From IMG/VR virus record IMGVR_UViG_3300047552_000234, positions 1 through 36,903 of that record: a DNA stretch of 36,903 bases; one strand, written 5' to 3'. The translations under genes were made by a program, and so were the position numbers. Below the pieces are notes generated by a model. The model ran no database searches. It was not told the origin of the DNA and worked only from the letters and a program-made list of their open reading frames with translations. Positions 34,840-36,903 of this stretch are shown one piece after another. Origin of the DNA: a virus. Lineage: Duplodnaviria > Caudoviricetes. Numbering within the stretch: position 1 is the stretch's first letter; the number at the start of each line of letters is the position of its first letter.

Positions 34840-35594
34840 AAAACCACACCCTCAATCAAATTACGCCTATCGTACAGGAACTCCTGGAGATTCAGAACAC
34901 TCTAAACACTAAGTACCTTGGTGCGGAGTGGACCAAGAAAGCTGTTGAGCGTAATGTTGTAGACTATCGCGCTGCTATTGTAGATGAAGCTGCGGAACTA
35001 CTGCGTAGTGACATGTCTTGGAAGTTCTGGACCAAAGAAGTAGCAGCGCCTAATCTAAAGAACGAGCGTATTGAATTTGTAGACATCCTACACTTTCTGA
35101 TGTCCGACTCAATTGCTTTTCGAGGTATCCAGCATTCGGCTTCCCAGATTAGTGAAGCGTATATGTACGCTCATAGCTCCATCTTTGGTGCTGATTCTGA
35201 CCTTGGTGATACACCATTTCGTTTTAATGACTCAGTACCTCGGGACATCACGAAAGCGCGTAACGAACTATACTACTTTCTAGCCGCTTCTAACAGGGAC
35301 TACTTCATTGATGCCTGGTTCCACTTTGCCCGCTTAGGGTTTTATCTGGGTATCAGCTTTGGTGCCACGGTCGCTTTCTATCGTGGAAAGGCTGTTCTTA
35401 ACTCTTTCCGGATTGATAATGGGTACAAGAACAACACCTACATCAAGGAGTGGGCACCTGGAATGGAAGATAATGATATGCTAACGAAATTCATTGAAGA
35501 CTATCAAAAGACTACGGATGGTCCGCCGCCTAGCCGCGAGCACATTCTACAATATCTGACCGATACCTACTCCCGGGTAAAGGCAACCCTGTAA
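34836..35594 (+). CDS. dut: Dimeric (all-alpha) dUTPase / dNTP pyrophosphatase
   Basis: LEIQNTLN, DEAAELL..SWKFW, IEFVDILHFLMS, KAVLNSFRIDNGY, YIKEW..EDN: Campylobacter/trypanosome-type dUTPase motifs. Confidence 0.85.
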   Translation: MKNHTLNQITPIVQELLEIQNTLNTKYLGAEWTKKAVERNVVDYRAAIVDEAAELLRSDMSWKFWTKEVAAPNLKNERIEFVDILHFLMSDSIAFRGIQHSASQISEAYMYAHSSIFGADSDLGDTPFRFNDSVPRDITKARNELYYFLAASNRDYFIDAWFHFARLGFYLGISFGATVAFYRGKAVLNSFRIDNGYKNNTYIKEWAPGMEDNDMLTKFIEDYQKTTDGPPPSREHILQYLTDTYSRVKATL

Positions 35595-35596
35595 AT
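35589..35596 (+). promoter_or_regulatory. Putative phage promoter motif CTGTAAAT (class B)
   Basis: Overlaps the dUTPase stop, 28 nt upstream of the SSB ATG, followed by an AAGGAG RBS. Confidence 0.5.
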
Positions 35597-35624
35597 AAAC
35601 AACCCAACTAAGGAGTAGCGATTA

Positions 35625-36903
<1,279 letters not shown>

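Overview
This window is a gene-dense, almost entirely + strand segment of a large tailed (myovirus-like, probably jumbo) bacteriophage genome. It has three parts. (1) 279-17117 is a virion morphogenesis block: acidic Zn-ribbon scaffold-like protein, capsid decoration protein, HK97-fold major capsid protein, tail-terminator-like protein, gp25 baseplate protein fused to a LamG/ConA-like domain, neck protein, ADP-ribosyltransferase-like ORF, HNH nuclease and a 1474-aa SNF2 ATPase. (2) 17161-24956 is a replication block: family A DNA polymerase with an N-terminal UDG-like domain, DnaG-type primase, an i-/o-spanin pair, a J-domain-like protein and a HExxH peptidase. (3) 25038-35594 is a nucleotide and DNA-modification block, followed by a gp32-like SSB with a charge-block tail that runs off the window. 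The main finding is in block 3. A dUMP hydroxymethylase (split by an HNH intein at its catalytic Cys), an aGPT-Pplase1 protein, Nmad1 and a dimeric dUTPase sit next to two glycosyltransferases, UDP-galactopyranose mutase, a PAPS-dependent sulfotransferase and an APS kinase. Together these suggest a sulfated galactofuranosyl hypermodification of 5-hydroxymethyluracil DNA. This is an inference and needs chemical confirmation. Two recurring upstream motifs (CAATTTTAT and CTGTAAAT) and a phage sigma factor lacking a region 4.2 point to a phage-specific two-class promoter system. All family assignments come from motif recognition by eye; no database searches were run.
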